A program made the translations under genes and the position numbers. A stretch of 64,000 bases of DNA from the human T2T-CHM13v2.0 reference genome, Homo sapiens, in assembly GCF_009914755.1 (NCBI RefSeq), contig NC_060929.1; one strand, 5' to 3'. The notes below the pieces were generated by a model that worked only from the letters and a program-made list of their open reading frames with translations, was not told the DNA's origin and did no database searches. Of this stretch, positions 13,178 to 27,174 are shown in pieces. Each line of letters begins with the position of its first letter. Position 1 is the first letter of the stretch.

Positions 13178-14263
13178 TCAGAGCAGACAGCCCAGGGTCA
13201 CCTAGAACATTGCAAGGACTGAGCACCTTAGTACCAAAACGGGCCTTTTGAGCCCCTCTGGCTCCTCCACGGTTGCAAGTGACTGGGTGAGTCTCTCCTG
13301 AGTCTCAGACCTCCCACTTGGTTGATGGTCCTGGAATCAACTCCCAGTGACTGGGTAAATGGCAAGAAAGGAGGTTATTGGAATGTTACTGAAAAGGCAC
13401 ACAGGACAGACAGGAGGATCAGGCTCAGAAACTAGATGGGAACCAAGAGGGGCTAGAGGCAGAGAGATCGCTCAAGGTCACACTGGAGGACGTGGACTCC
13501 AGCTGCACTTGACTCTCAGCCCTGCCTCAGTGGTCACCAAAATTGGGCTGCAAGTAGCCTTGACCTTAGATCATTCCCTCCTGATTCCAAGTCCCAGATC
13601 AGTGGACCCGAGTAAAGGCCCTGAACCATGGCAGTGGCCATAGGGTTGGAGATGAGACAGAACTGACAGAACCTGGTGGCTGAGCAGAAGTTGGGGATAC
13701 AAAGATCTGAGGGTGATGCCAACGTGTGTTTAAAGATATATACAGTATCTGAAGTAGGATCAGGAATGAGAAGAGAAAATAGTGCCAATATTGTGAATTA
13801 AACAGATAAATGCCTTTGGGCCCCAGGACCCTTTGTCATTTCTCACCCTAAATCTCCTCTCTTTTGTCCCCTTTGTACCAGATAGTAATACCTTCAATGT
13901 CCAAAACATACCATGTGTCTCCCAATACTGTGTTCCGTGAAAAATCCCTCCACCTCGTCCACTGGGGAAGCTCCTGTTCTTTGTTTCCAACTTGGTTAGT
14001 AATTACTCCTTCAAGGTGCTTTCCCTAATGCCAGTCCCTCCCCTCCATCATCATAGCCTTTCATTCTTACACACGGCACCCTAGAGGGTCAACATGTGTT
14101 TCTAGAACTCTCTCCCATTCTACCAGAATGAGCCCCTCAAGTGTTTATTATTGAGAGGGCATTAATAATATTTTAAAACCTGTATGTTAAAAAAAATGAT
14201 ATGTAAGTCAACAGACAAATCCGTTTTTTTAATGTCTTCCCTTTTATTCTCTGGATAAACTGG

Positions 14264-14441
14264 ACATGATTGATAAGCACCTGAATTATTGCATGTAAAC
14301 TGAGTTCTTCTAAGTAAAATAATATTTTTATTTACATGTCATAATGCAAGTTTTTCACAGGAAACCAATGTGACTCTAAGGAATAATGAAAATCATGTTT
14401 TCATACCTTAAAAAACAGTAAGTTTCTCATAAAACATTCAA
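14264..14441 (+). repeat. Dispersed direct duplication, copy 2 (partner 11176-11351)
   Basis: Same sequence as 11176-11351 at about 90% identity. Confidence 0.95.
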
Positions 14442-15807
14442 ACTATATATAGAACAACTAACAAAGTCTTGTTTCACATATCATCCCAAAAGACACGCTT
14501 TGTTTAAGGCATTATTTGGCAGAGAGAACTGCATCAGTCTCTTCCAACCAATTTCCTCCATTAATCTGACAGTTATTCAGTGGCAAAGTCCTGGAGAATT
14601 TCTCTTTAATATCAGTTACATTGTTCATGGGGCTGGATGTTCACCCAGTTCCTCCTGAATTAACAGCAAATATATTCGAAAATGTCCTAGCCCTCCTAAT
14701 ACTAGATTTTTACATATTCAAAATCTTCACTAACAGCTGTAGTGAGCTGAATATTATTATTATTTTATTTTTTATTTCAATAGGTATTTGGAGAACAGGT
14801 GGTTCCATGGATATCAAGGATACCAAGGTTCCATGGACACCAACAGGTGTAACCATAGATACCACTGGCTACATGGATAAGTTCTTTAGTGGTGATTTCT
14901 GAGATTTTGGTGCACCCATCACCTGAATACTATCCCTCACCCCCCTCCCATCCTTTCCCCCAATCCCTAATGTCCATTGTATCATTCTTATGCCTTTGCA
15001 TCCTCATAGCTTAGTTCCCATTTATAAGTGAGAACATACGATGTTTGGTTTTCCATTCCTGAGTTACTTCACTCTACGTGAATAATGGTCTCTAATTCCA
15101 TCCAAGGTTGCTGCAAATGCCATTATTTTGTTTCCTTTTATGGCTGAGTAGTATTCCATGGTGTGTGTGTGTATGTGTGTATGTGTGTATATATATCACA
15201 TTTTCTTTATCCACTCGTCAATTGATGGGCATTTGGGCTGGTTCCATATTTTTGCAATTGTGAATTGTACCGTTATAAACATCTGTGTGCAAGTATCTTT
15301 CTCGTATAATGACTTCTTTTCCTCTGGGTAGATACCCAGTAGTGGAATTACTGGATCAAATGGTAGTTCTACTTTTAGTTCCTTACGGAATCTTCACACA
15401 CTGTTTTCCATAGTGGTTGTACTAGTTTACATTCCCACCAGCAGTGTAAAAGTGTTCCCCTTTCACCACCTCCCCACCAACATCTATTTTTTGGTTTTTT
15501 GATTATGGCCATTCTTGTGGAAGTAAAGTGGTATCACATTGTGGCTTTGATTTGCATTTCCCTGATCATTAGTGATGTTGGGCATTTTTTCATGTTTGTT
15601 GGCCATTTGTATATCTTCTTTTGAGAATTGTCTATTCATGTCTTTAGCCCACTTTTTGATGGGATTGTTTGATTTTTTCTTGCCGATTTGTTCGAGTTCC
15701 TTGTAGATTCTGGATATTAGTCCTTTGTTGGATGCATAGTTTGTGAAGATATTCTCCCACTGTCTGTTTACTCTGCTGATTATTTCTTTTGCTATGCTAA
15801 AGCATTG

Positions 15808-16121
<314 letters not shown>

Positions 16122-16654
16122 TAGAAGCTTTTTGGTTTAATTAAGTCCCATTTATTTATCTTTGTTTTTGTTGCATTTGCTTTTGGATTCTGGATCATGA
16201 AGTCTTTGCCTAAGCCAATGTCAAGAAGGGTTTTTCCAATGTTATCTTCTAGAATTTTTATGGCTTCAAGTCTTAGATTTAAGTCTTTGATCCATCTTGA
16301 GTTGATTTTTGTGTAAGGTGAGAGTTGAGGATCCAGTTTCATTCTTATATATGTGGCTTGCCAATTATCCCAGCACCATTTGTTGAATAGGGTGCTCTTC
16401 CCTGCTTTATGTATTTATTTGCTTTGTAGAAGATCAGCTGGCTGTAAGTATTTGGCTTTATTTCTGGGTTCTCTATTCTGTTCCATTGGTCTATGTGCCT
16501 ATTTTTACACCAGTACCATGCTGATTTGATGACTATAGCCTTATAGTATAGTTTGAAGTTGGATAATGTGATGCCTCCAGATTTGTTTGTTTGTTTGTTT
16601 GTTTGTTTTTTGCTGACTCTTGCTCTGGCTGTATGGGCTCTTTTTTGGTTCTAT

Positions 16655-16896
16655 ATGAATTTTACGATTGCTTTTTCCAATTCTGTGAGGAATGATGGTG
16701 GTATTTTGATGGGAATTGCATTGAATTTGTAGATTGCTTTTGGCCACACGGTCATTTTCACAATAATGATTCTACATGAATTTTACGATTGCTTTTTCCA
16801 ATTCTGTGAGGAATGATGGTGGTATTTTGATGGGAATTGCATTGAATTTGTAGATTGCTTTTGGCCACACGGTCATTTTCACAATACTGATTCTAC
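16655..16896 (+). repeat. 121-bp tandem duplication inside L1 ORF2
   Basis: 16655-16775 and 16776-16896 are identical except caataatg vs caatactg. Confidence 0.97.
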
Positions 16897-19800
16897 CCAT
16901 CCATCAGCATGGGATGGGTTTCCATTTGTTTGTGTTGTCTATGATTTCTTTCAGTAGTGTTCTGTAGTTTTCCTTGTAAAGGTCCTTCACCTCCTTGGTT
17001 AGGTTTACTCCTAAGTATTTTATTTCATTTTTTGTTGTTGTTGCAGCTATTGTAAAAGGGGTTGAGTTCTTGATTTGATTCTCGGCTTGGTCACTGTTGG
17101 TGTATAGCAGTACTACTGATTTGTGTTTTGAAGTTCTGCTGAACTCATTTATCAGTGCTAGGAGCTTTTGGGATGAGTCTTTAGAGTTTTCTGAATATAC
17201 TATCATATCATCAGAGAACAGTGACAGTTTGACTTCCTTTTTACTGATTTGGATGCTCTTTCTTTCTTTCTCTTGTCTGACTGCTCTGGCTAGGATTTCC
17301 AGTACTATGTTGAATAGAAGTGGTGAAAGTGGGCATCCTTGTCTTGTTCTAGTTCTCAGGGGGGAATGCTTTCAACTTTTCCCTGTTCAGTATAATGTTG
17401 GCTGTGGGTTTGTCGTAGATGGCTTTTATTACCTTGAGGTATGTTCCTTCTATGTCATTTTTGCTGAGGGTTTTAATCATAAAGGGATGCTAAATTTTGT
17501 CCAATGCTTTTTCTGCATCTATTGAGATGATCATGTGATTTTTCTTTTTAATTCTGCTTATGTGGTATATCACATTTATTGACTTGCATATGTTAAACCA
17601 TCCCTGAATCCCTGGTATAAAACCTAATTGATCATGGTGAATTATCTTTTTGATATACTGATGGATCAGGTTAGGTAGTATTTTGTTACAGATTTTTGCA
17701 TCTATGTTAATTAGGGATATTGGCCTGTAGTTTTCTTTCTTTGTTATGTCGTGTCCTGGTTTTGGTATTAGGCTGATAGTGGCTTTATAGAATGATTTAG
17801 GGAGGATTCCCTCTTTCTCCATCTTTTGAAATAGTGTCGATAGGATTGATATCAATTCTTCTTTGAATGTCTGATAGAATTCAGCTGTGAATGCATCCAT
17901 CTGGTCCTGGAATTTTTTTGTTGGCAATTTTTTTATTACCATTTCTATCTCACTGCTTGTTATTGGTCTGTTCAGAATTTCTATTTCTTCCTGGTTTAAT
18001 CTAAAATAGTTGTATATTCCTAGGAATTTATCCATCTCCTCTAGGTTTTCTAGTTTGTGTGCATAAAGGTATTCATAGTAGCCTTGAATGATCTTTTGTA
18101 TTTCTGTGGTATCAGTTGTAACATCTCCTGTTTCATTTCTAACTTAGCTTATTTGGATCTTCTCTCTTCTTTTCTTAATTAATCTCACTAATGGTTTATC
18201 AATTTTGTTTATCTTTTCAAAGAACCAGCTTTTTGTTTCATTTATCTTCTGTAATTTTTTTGTTTCAATTTCATTTAGTTCTGCTCTGATCTTGGTTATT
18301 TATTTTCTTCTGTTGAGTTTGGGTTTGGTTTGTTCTTGTTTATCTAGTTCCTTGAGGTGTGATCTTAGATTATCTATTTGTGCTCTCTCAGACCTTCTGC
18401 TGTGGGCATTCAATGCTAGGAACTTTCCTTTTGGCACCACTTTTGCTGGATCCCAGAAGTTTTGTCACGATTATCTTTCACTTCAATGAATTTTTTAATT
18501 TCCATCTTGATTTTATTGTTGACCCAATGATCATTCAGGAGCAGGTTATTTAATTTCCATGTATTTGCATGGTTTTGAAGATTCCTTTTAGAGTTGATTT
18601 CCAATTTCATTCCACTGTGGTCTGAGAGAGTACTTGATATAATTTCAATTTTCTTAAATTTATCAAGACTTGTTTTGTGGCCTGTCACATGGTCTATCTT
18701 GGAGAATGTTCAATGTGCTGATGAATAGAATGTATAATCTGTAGTTGTTGGGTAGAATGTTCTGTAAATATCTGTTAAATCTATTTGTTCTAGGGTATAG
18801 TTTAAGTCCATTGTTTCTTTGTTGACTTTCTGTCTTGACGACCTGTAACTGGAGTATTAAAGTCCTCCACTATTATTTTGTTGCTATCTCATTACTAATG
18901 TCTACTAGTAATTGTTTTATAAATTTGGGAGCTCCAGTGTTAGATGCATATATATTTAAGATTGTGATATTTTCCTGTTGGACTAGTCCTTTTATCATTA
19001 TATAATATCCCTCTGTCTTTTTTAATGGTTGTTGCTTTCAAGTCTGTTTTGTCTGATATAAGAACAGCTATTCCTGCTCGCTTTTGGTGTTCATTTGCAT
19101 GGAATATCTTTTTCCACCCCTTTACCTTAAATGTATGTGAGTCCTTATGTGTTGGTGAGTCTCTTGAAGATAAGAGATACTTGGTTGGTGGATTCTTATG
19201 CATTCTGCCTTGCTGTATCTTTTAAGTGGAGCATTTATGGCATTTACATTAGTATTGAGAAGTGAGGTACTACTATTCTATTCATCTTGCTAGTTATTGC
19301 CTGAATACCTCATTGGTTTTTTTCATTGTGTTATTGTTTCATAGGTCCTGTGAGATTTATGTTTTCTGGAGGTTCTATTTTGGTGTATTTTGAGGATTTG
19401 TTTCAAGATTTAGAGCTCCTTTTAGCAGTTCTTGTAGTGCTGGCTTGATAGTGGTGAATTATGAGCATTTGTTTGTCTGAAAAAGACTATCTTTTTCATT
19501 TATGAAACTTAGTTTTGCTGAATACAAAATTATTGGCTGATAATTGTTTTGTTTAAGGAGGCTAACAACAGGATCCAATCCCTTCTAGGTTATAGGTTTC
19601 TGCTGAGAAATCTGCTGCTACTCTGATAGGTTTTCCTTTATAGGTTACCTGATGCTTTTGCCTCACAGCTCTTAAGATTCTTTCCTTCATCTTGTCTTTA
19701 GATAACCTGACGACTATGTGCCTAGGTGATGACCTTTTTGCTATGAATTTCCTGGATGTTCTTTGAGCTTCTTTTATTTGGATGTCTAGCTCTCTAGCAA

Positions 19801-21849
19801 GACCAGGGAAGTTTACCTCAACTATTCCCCCAAATATGTTTTCCAAACTTTTAGATTTCTCTTCTTCCTTGGGAACATCAATTATTCTTAGGTTTGGCAG
19901 TTTAACATAATCCCAAACTTCTCGGAGGCTTTGTTCATTTTTTTTCTTTTTTCTTTGTCTTTGTCTGACTGGGTTAATTTAAAAGCCTTGTTTTCAAGCT
20001 CTGAAGTTCTTTCTTCTACTTGTTTTATTCTATTGCTGAGACTTTCCAGTGTATTTTGCATTCCTCTAACTGTGTCCTTCATTTCCAGAAGCTGTGATTG
20101 TTTCCTATTTAGGCTATTTCTCTGGAAATTTTTATCCTGTATCATTTTTTTATTTCTTTAAGTTGGTATTCACCTTTTTCTGGTGCCTCCTTGAGTAGCT
20201 TTATAATTGATCTTCTGAATTCTTTTTCTGGTAATTCAGTGATTTCTTCTTGGTTTGAATCCATTGCTGATCAGCTAATGTGATCCTTTAGGGGTGTTAA
20301 AGAAACTTGTTTTGTCATATTACCAGAATTGTTTTTCTGGTTCCTTCTCATTTGGGTAGACTATTATCAGAGAAAAGATCTGGGGCTCAAGGGCTGCTGT
20401 TCAGATTCTTTTGTCCCACCGCGTGCTCCCTGGATGTGGTGTTCTCCCCCTTCCCCTAGGGATAGGGCTTCCTGAGAGCCAAACTGCAGTGATTGTTATT
20501 TCTCTTCTGGGTCTAGCCACCCAGTGGACCTACTAGGCTATGGTCTGGTACTGGGGAGTGTCTGCAAAGAGCCCTGTGATGTGATCCATCTTCAGGTCTC
20601 TCAGCTGTGGATACCAGCACCTGCTCCAGTGGAGGTAGCAAAGGAGTGAAGTGGATTCTGTGAGGGTCCTTGATGGTAGTTTTGCTTAATGTGCTGGTTT
20701 TGTGTTGGTTGGCCTCCAGCTGGGAGGTGATGCTTTCAAGACAGCATCAGTTGTGGTAGTATAGGGAGGATACAAGCTTACTCTAGGGTCACCTGGATAT
20801 GTATTAGGATTTCTCAGGTGGTGGGCAGGGCCATAGAGCTCCCAAGAGATTATGTCTTTTGTCTTCAGCTACCAAGGTGGGTAGAAAAAGACCATCAGGT
20901 GGGGGGCAGTGTTAGGCGTGTCTGAGCTCAGACTCTCCTTGGGCAGGGCTTGCTGTGGCTGCTGTGGAGGATGGGGGTGTGGTTCCCAGGCCAACGGAGT
21001 TACATTCCCAGGAGGATTATGGCTGCTTCTCCTGTGTCATACAGGTGGCCAAGGAAGTGGGGAAAAGCCAGCAGTGACAGGCCTCACCCAGCTCCCATGC
21101 AGCTCGAAAGCTAGTCTCACTCCTACCGTGGGCCCCCAACAGCAGCAAGTTTATTTCCAGGCAGCCGGTGAGCAGGCTGAGAACTTGCCTCAGGCTACAA
21201 GCCTCCCTGTTGAGAAAGCAAGCAGGGCTGTCAGGTTCCATGCCTCCCCACCTGGCGCAGTTTCTATGCTCATAGCTACACTCCCTGTTCACCCCTTCCC
21301 CGGGATTCTGTCCAGGAAACCTCACGTTTGGTCAAAATTGTTACAAAGTTCAATTGGAAGTTTCCTTCTCCCTGTGGTCTTTCCCCAATTCCACTGGCAG
21401 CTCTCTCCAAGGACCCCTGTGAAACAAAGTCAGGAATGGCTTCCCTGGAGACCAAGAGTGCCCACAGGACTCTTCCCGCTGCTTCCTCTACCTCTGCATT
21501 TCACTTGACTCTCTCAGTTCATCTCAGCTCTAGGTAAGGTCAAATCCTTCTCCTGTGATCTGGACCTTCAGGTTCCGCAGTGAGGATGAGTGCTCGGGAG
21601 CAGACTTTCCCCCTCTCACACTTTGGGCACTCGGAGTTTCTCAGCTGTCTCATGGGGCCGGCAGCAGCAAGCCGCTTCCTTCAAAGGGTGTGTGGATTCT
21701 CTCAGCTTTCCTGGGATGTTCCTGCAGTAGTTCTTGGAGCAAAAGTTCATGATGTGAGTCTCCACATGCTGCTCTGTCCATTCGAGTGGGAGCTGCAAGT
21801 TAATCCTGCCTCCTATCTGCTATTTCTTTAGACTCTGAACATTATTATT

Positions 21850-22369
21850 TTGCCCCCCAAAAAATGCCCGTGTTCCTGGGCAACATAGCAAGACCCCATC
21901 TCTAAAAATAAATAAATGTTTTTCAAAATGTCCATTTCTAATCTCGGAAGCCTGTGAATATATTACCTTACGTGACAACAGGGGCTTAGCAGATGTGAAT
22001 AGATTAAGGATTCAGTGAGGGGGAGATGAGCCTGGATTATCCAGGTGGGCCCAATGTAATCACAAGGATCTCCATAAGTGGAAGACAGGAGAGGCAAGTT
22101 CAGAGAAAAGTTGATGTGATAAAAGAAGGGCTGTTGCAGCAATGCCAGAGGGAGGCCAGGAGCCAAGGAATTCAGATGACCTTTAGAAGCTGAAAAAGGG
22201 ACCAAAACGATTCTCTCCTAGAAGCTCCAGAAGGAATGACTGCCAGCATTTTGATTTTAGCCCGGTAAAACTGACTTTGGACTCCTGCCCTCTAACCACT
22301 GTATGAGAATAAATTTGGGCTGCTTTAGGTCACCAAGTTTCTTACAGTAAGAATATGAAATTAATACAA
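21850..22369 (+). mobile_element. MaLR LTR (MLT1D-like), with a ~45-bp Alu fragment at ~21875-21917
   Basis: cctggattatccaggtgggcccaatgtaatcacaagg; ends aaattaataca. Confidence 0.8.
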
Positions 22370-22479
22370 CCACTAAGTCTTCGAGAGTGTTCGTTGCCAC
22401 ATCATAATTCATAAGCTCGAACCCATGAGATGGGTGTGTTCAGGGGATGGCCCTGCCAGCTGAGCTGCTCCTCTTCTGC

Positions 22480-22605
22480 TGTGGCTTCAAGTACTTTCTC
22501 TGTGCTTCAGTTTCCTCATTTGTAAAATGGAGAGGAGGAGGATGTTAATTATAGGACCCAAATGAGTTAATCTTCTTTTAGAAAACCCTTGGCACAGAGC
22601 AGTGA
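22480..22605 (+). mobile_element. MIR SINE fragment
   Basis: ctctgtgcttcagtttcctcatttgtaaaatgg core. Confidence 0.75.
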
Positions 22606-22642
22606 GATGTGGATATATATAGTCATATAGAGAGATATACAT

Positions 22643-23431
<789 letters not shown>

Positions 23432-24029
23432 ACACATATTCATTAATACCTGTGATAGGATGGCATTTGATGGGTTTTAATGAACTTGTCTCATCTAATC
23501 AAGGTAAAGTTCAATAGGGATGGTGAAAAGAGATTTCCTGGCCCAAAACCACCCGCTATAAGTCCCATCCATCCTTCTCTATGTCCTTCATGCCCAGGGA
23601 GGCTGAAACATTGAACTGGTGCCTGCATGACACCCTTTGCTACCCACCCTCTTTTCCTGGCTTTCTATATCCAAAGTCCTAAAGAGACTACAATTTCCAT
23701 GAGTCGGCAGCCACAGCTTCACAGGCCTCAATGAGCATCTTTACCCATTAAGGTTCCACTACTACCACCGCTACTCCCCCACTGCCTCTGAGCCCACCTT
23801 GCCAGGAGGAGACACAAGGTGGCTCGGAAGCCATGGAAAGCTGGTATCGGTGGCCAGGAGGCTGGTAAGGCCAGGGCAGCCCTATAGCATGATGTTCCAG
23901 GGCTTCTCAAGAGCTGGGGAGTATTGATGAGGCACAGACTGGCCCTCTGGAGTCCACAGGGTGAGGGAGCAAATACCGCGGCAGGCATCCAGGAGGCAGA
24001 ACTGTAGGGGCGTTGATGAACTTGGGCAC

Positions 24030-24375
24030 TGCATTAGTCTGTTTTCATGCTGCTGATAAAGACATACCTGAGACTGGGCAATTTACAAAAGAAAGAGGTT
24101 TATTGGACTTACAGTTCCAGTGGCTGGGGAGCCCTCACAATTATGGCAGAAGGAGAAAGGAATGTCTCACATGGCGGCGGCAAGAAAGAGAATGAGAGCC
24201 AAGCAAAACGGGTTTTTCCTAATGTGAGATTTATTCACTACCACAAGAGCAGTGTGGGGGAAACCATCCCCATGATTCAGTTATCTCCCACTGGGTCCCT
24301 CCCACAACATGTGGGAATTATGGAAGTACAATTCAAGATGAGATTTGCTTGGGGACACAGAGCCAAACCATATCT
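24030..24375 (-). mobile_element. MaLR solo LTR (THE1C/D-like)
   Basis: ttttcatgctgctgataaagacatacctgagactggg...ggggacacagagccaaaccatatc; 5-bp TSD ggcac at 24025 and 24376. Confidence 0.92.
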
Positions 24376-24848
24376 GGCACCAACAAACAACAGATGCCAG
24401 CCCATAGCTCTGTGCCAGGATTAATTTAGTCCTTACATTGCTGGATAATTGAGAAATTTAAAGGATTCCAAGTGAGAAGACAGAATGGACAGGGCGAAAA
24501 TGGGGCATTTAAGAGTTCTGAGGCAGGGTTTACTTACCATATGGAATGAAAGTATTCAACTTTCCAACAATTAGTATGGCTGTACCAGTACATAGCTGAT
24601 GAATTTCAGCCTTATATAAAATTCTGTTTTGCAGTCTTCAGTGTCTAGTGGATACTGAAGATTGGCTCACTCAACATCCATTCTAATACATTTCTAGTAT
24701 TTGTGCTCTTTTGTATCATAATAACCTGTAGCTAAAAACTACATTTCCCAGACTCCTGTGCAGCTATCTTGCATTTAGGGTTCCATATATAATTTTGCTC
24801 CTCCAGTCAGCTAAACTTGCACAAGATTTTGAATCAGAACTAAATTCT

Positions 24849-25007
24849 GCCAGGCATGGTGGCTCAGGCCTGTAATCCCAGCACTTTGGGAGGCCAAGGC
24901 GGGAAGACTGCTTGAGCCTAGGAGTTCAAGTCTGCATTAATCATGCCACTGCACTCCAGCCTGAGAAATAAAACAAGACTCTGCATCTAAAAAAATTTTT
25001 TTAAAAA
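24849..25007 (+). mobile_element. Monomeric Alu (FRAM/FAM-like) inside an old LTR33-like sequence (~24645-25050)
   Basis: Single-arm Alu with A tail; TSD agaactaa(a/g)ttct; flank aaaactacatttcccagactcc. Confidence 0.8.
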
Positions 25008-25190
25008 AGAACTAAGTTCTGAGGAGAGAGATACAGTGTGAGACATTGAAGTCCAAGTCCAAGATAATCACAAGCACACTTTGTCCTAGATTTAGTTAAA
25101 ACTAACATAAGGGAATGCATTAGAATTATGAAAATAATTCTTTGTGCAAGAAATTAAGGGTAAGCCATATGGGCTTTTTATTATTAGATA

Positions 25191-25636
25191 CAGTAGTTCC
25201 CCCTTATCTACAGTTTCATTTTCCTCAGTTGCCTGCAGCCAACAGTTGTCCAAAAATATTAAATGGAAAATTCCAGAAATAAACAATCCGTAAGTTTTAA
25301 ATTGTACACTATACTGAGTAGTGTGCTGAAATCTCACTCACACTCGTGCTGTGTCCCAGCCAGGAGGTGAATCATCCCTTTGTCCAGAGTACCCATGCTG
25401 CATACACTACCTGCCCATCTATCACTCAGTAGCTTTCTGGGTTAACATCTTAAACCATCTCAGGAAGGGTAAGCATAACACAATAAGATGTCTTGAAAGA
25501 GGGAGGCCACACTTAACTTTTATTACAGTATATTGTTGTAATTGTTCCATTTTATACTAAGTTATTGTTAATCTCTTATTGTATCTAATCTGTAAACTGA
25601 ACTTTATCATAGGTATGTATGTATAGAAAAAAACAA

Positions 25637-25692
<56 letters not shown>

Positions 25693-25795
25693 TACACACA
25701 CACACACACACACACAGGATTTGGTCCAGGCTGTGGTTTCAGGCATCCACTGAGGGTCTCAGAATACATTCCCGGAGGATAAGGAGGGATTACTG
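25191..25795 (+). mobile_element. TcMar-Tigger MITE (MER44/Tigger7-like)
   Basis: Terminal inverted repeats cagtagttcccccttatc / gataaggagggattactg, flanked by TA. Confidence 0.85.
25637..25716. repeat. Compound microsatellite (TG)n(TA)n(CA)n
   Basis: Directly visible. Confidence 0.97.
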
Positions 25796-27174
25796 TATTC
25801 ATGCAATTACAAAGACTTCATACCAACTGATGAAAGTGACTTCATCATCTATGAAAAATAACATTTATAAGTGTCACATAAAATATATTGGTCTGGTTAT
25901 ATAAAACTTCCAGGTATTTTCTGGAGAGTAAAAATATTAAAATTCAAATTTATTTTGTCTCAATTCCCTAACCTTGAACGGTGTGTCACTAAACTATTTT
26001 TAGACTTCTCCACAAGGTGGGGCTACTCCCAAGCTATTCTGTTGCTAAGGAGGGACGCAGAGGTGTTCTGGAAATGTTTCATTACAGTGTCACTTCTTTT
26101 AGCAGTCTTGGTAGGAAGGCTTATTAACTGCAACTCTAGGAATCACTGGGAGAGGAGCTGTAATCAATATTTCCAGCATCCTTTTAAGAGCTGTAACTTC
26201 TCAGCCTCTGCTTGTCCATGCAATGATCACTCAGGTGGAGGCTTGCCCAGGACATCTCCCAGGTTCTCCGGGACCTCACTGGAAAAGCCACTGTGAAGGA
26301 CGTGGGACGCACATGTCTGTCTCTCCCGTCTCTGTCCCCAGCTCCTTTCTCAGCCCATTCAGGCCACTCTAACACATTACCATAGACCGAAAGGCTTATA
26401 AACAACAGAAATTCATTTCTCACCGCTCAGGAGGCTGGGAAGTCCAAGATCCTCTGCTCCCTCATTCTCACACATCCCAAGCTGCTCCAAGTCTTGCACA
26501 CAGACCTTCCTAACTTTCCTCCCTCCCCTCAATTTTCCCCTCCTCCTCCCTCTTTCCTGGCTTTGACTGAATCCTCCCCCTTTCTTGCCTCACTGGTTCA
26601 CTGCCAGACTAGCAACTCCAATTTCTCCGTCGAAGGCGGAGGAAATTTTCCAAGATCTCACACATCAGCATCCTGGGTCCCAGCCCAGGATGGGATCCAA
26701 TCCCAAATGGGATCCAACTGTACCTGGACACATCTGGACATGAGAGATGAGCAGGGGAAGTCCTTGGTGGGGGCTGGGAGGGTTCATAAGAGTTGAATTA
26801 TGGGAGGGTTTTGAGGGATTTTCTTCCCTTTATCTTATTTTGGCCACTGGGAAAGAGTCTCAAACAGGGGAGAATCATGAGAGGGAGAGAAAGAGAGGCG
26901 ACTCTCTCGGAAAACATTCCAGGCCCTAAACCTGACTCAGGCCTGACTCCTGTGGGAAAAGGCTGTGTATATAAGCTCCATGGGGGACTCTGTGAGAGCT
27001 GAGTGGAAGAGCAGGTGCAGCTTTGAGGCCCAAGGGGCCAAGCATCGTCCCTATGGAGGGGAGAATATGGAGCACTTTCATGCACAGACACACTGTGGCT
27101 TCAAGCTTGTAACAGCACCTGCCTCCGGCCAAGAGAGAGACCTCGCACCAGAGCCCAGCACCCTTCACCACCAC

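Larger units (their letters stand above)
12068..13335 (+). mobile_element. ERV1 5' LTR (~12068-13155, interrupted by two Alus) with PBS and truncated leader
   Basis: tgtgagacaaag start, aataaa, ...tagttgaca end, then tggcaccccagataggac (PBS) and a ggtgagt donor near 13287. Confidence 0.75.

Noticed and set aside
14505-14660. Minus-strand exon-like segment or 38-aa ORF (MNNVTDIK...)
   Set aside because: No convincing donor and no recognisable homology.
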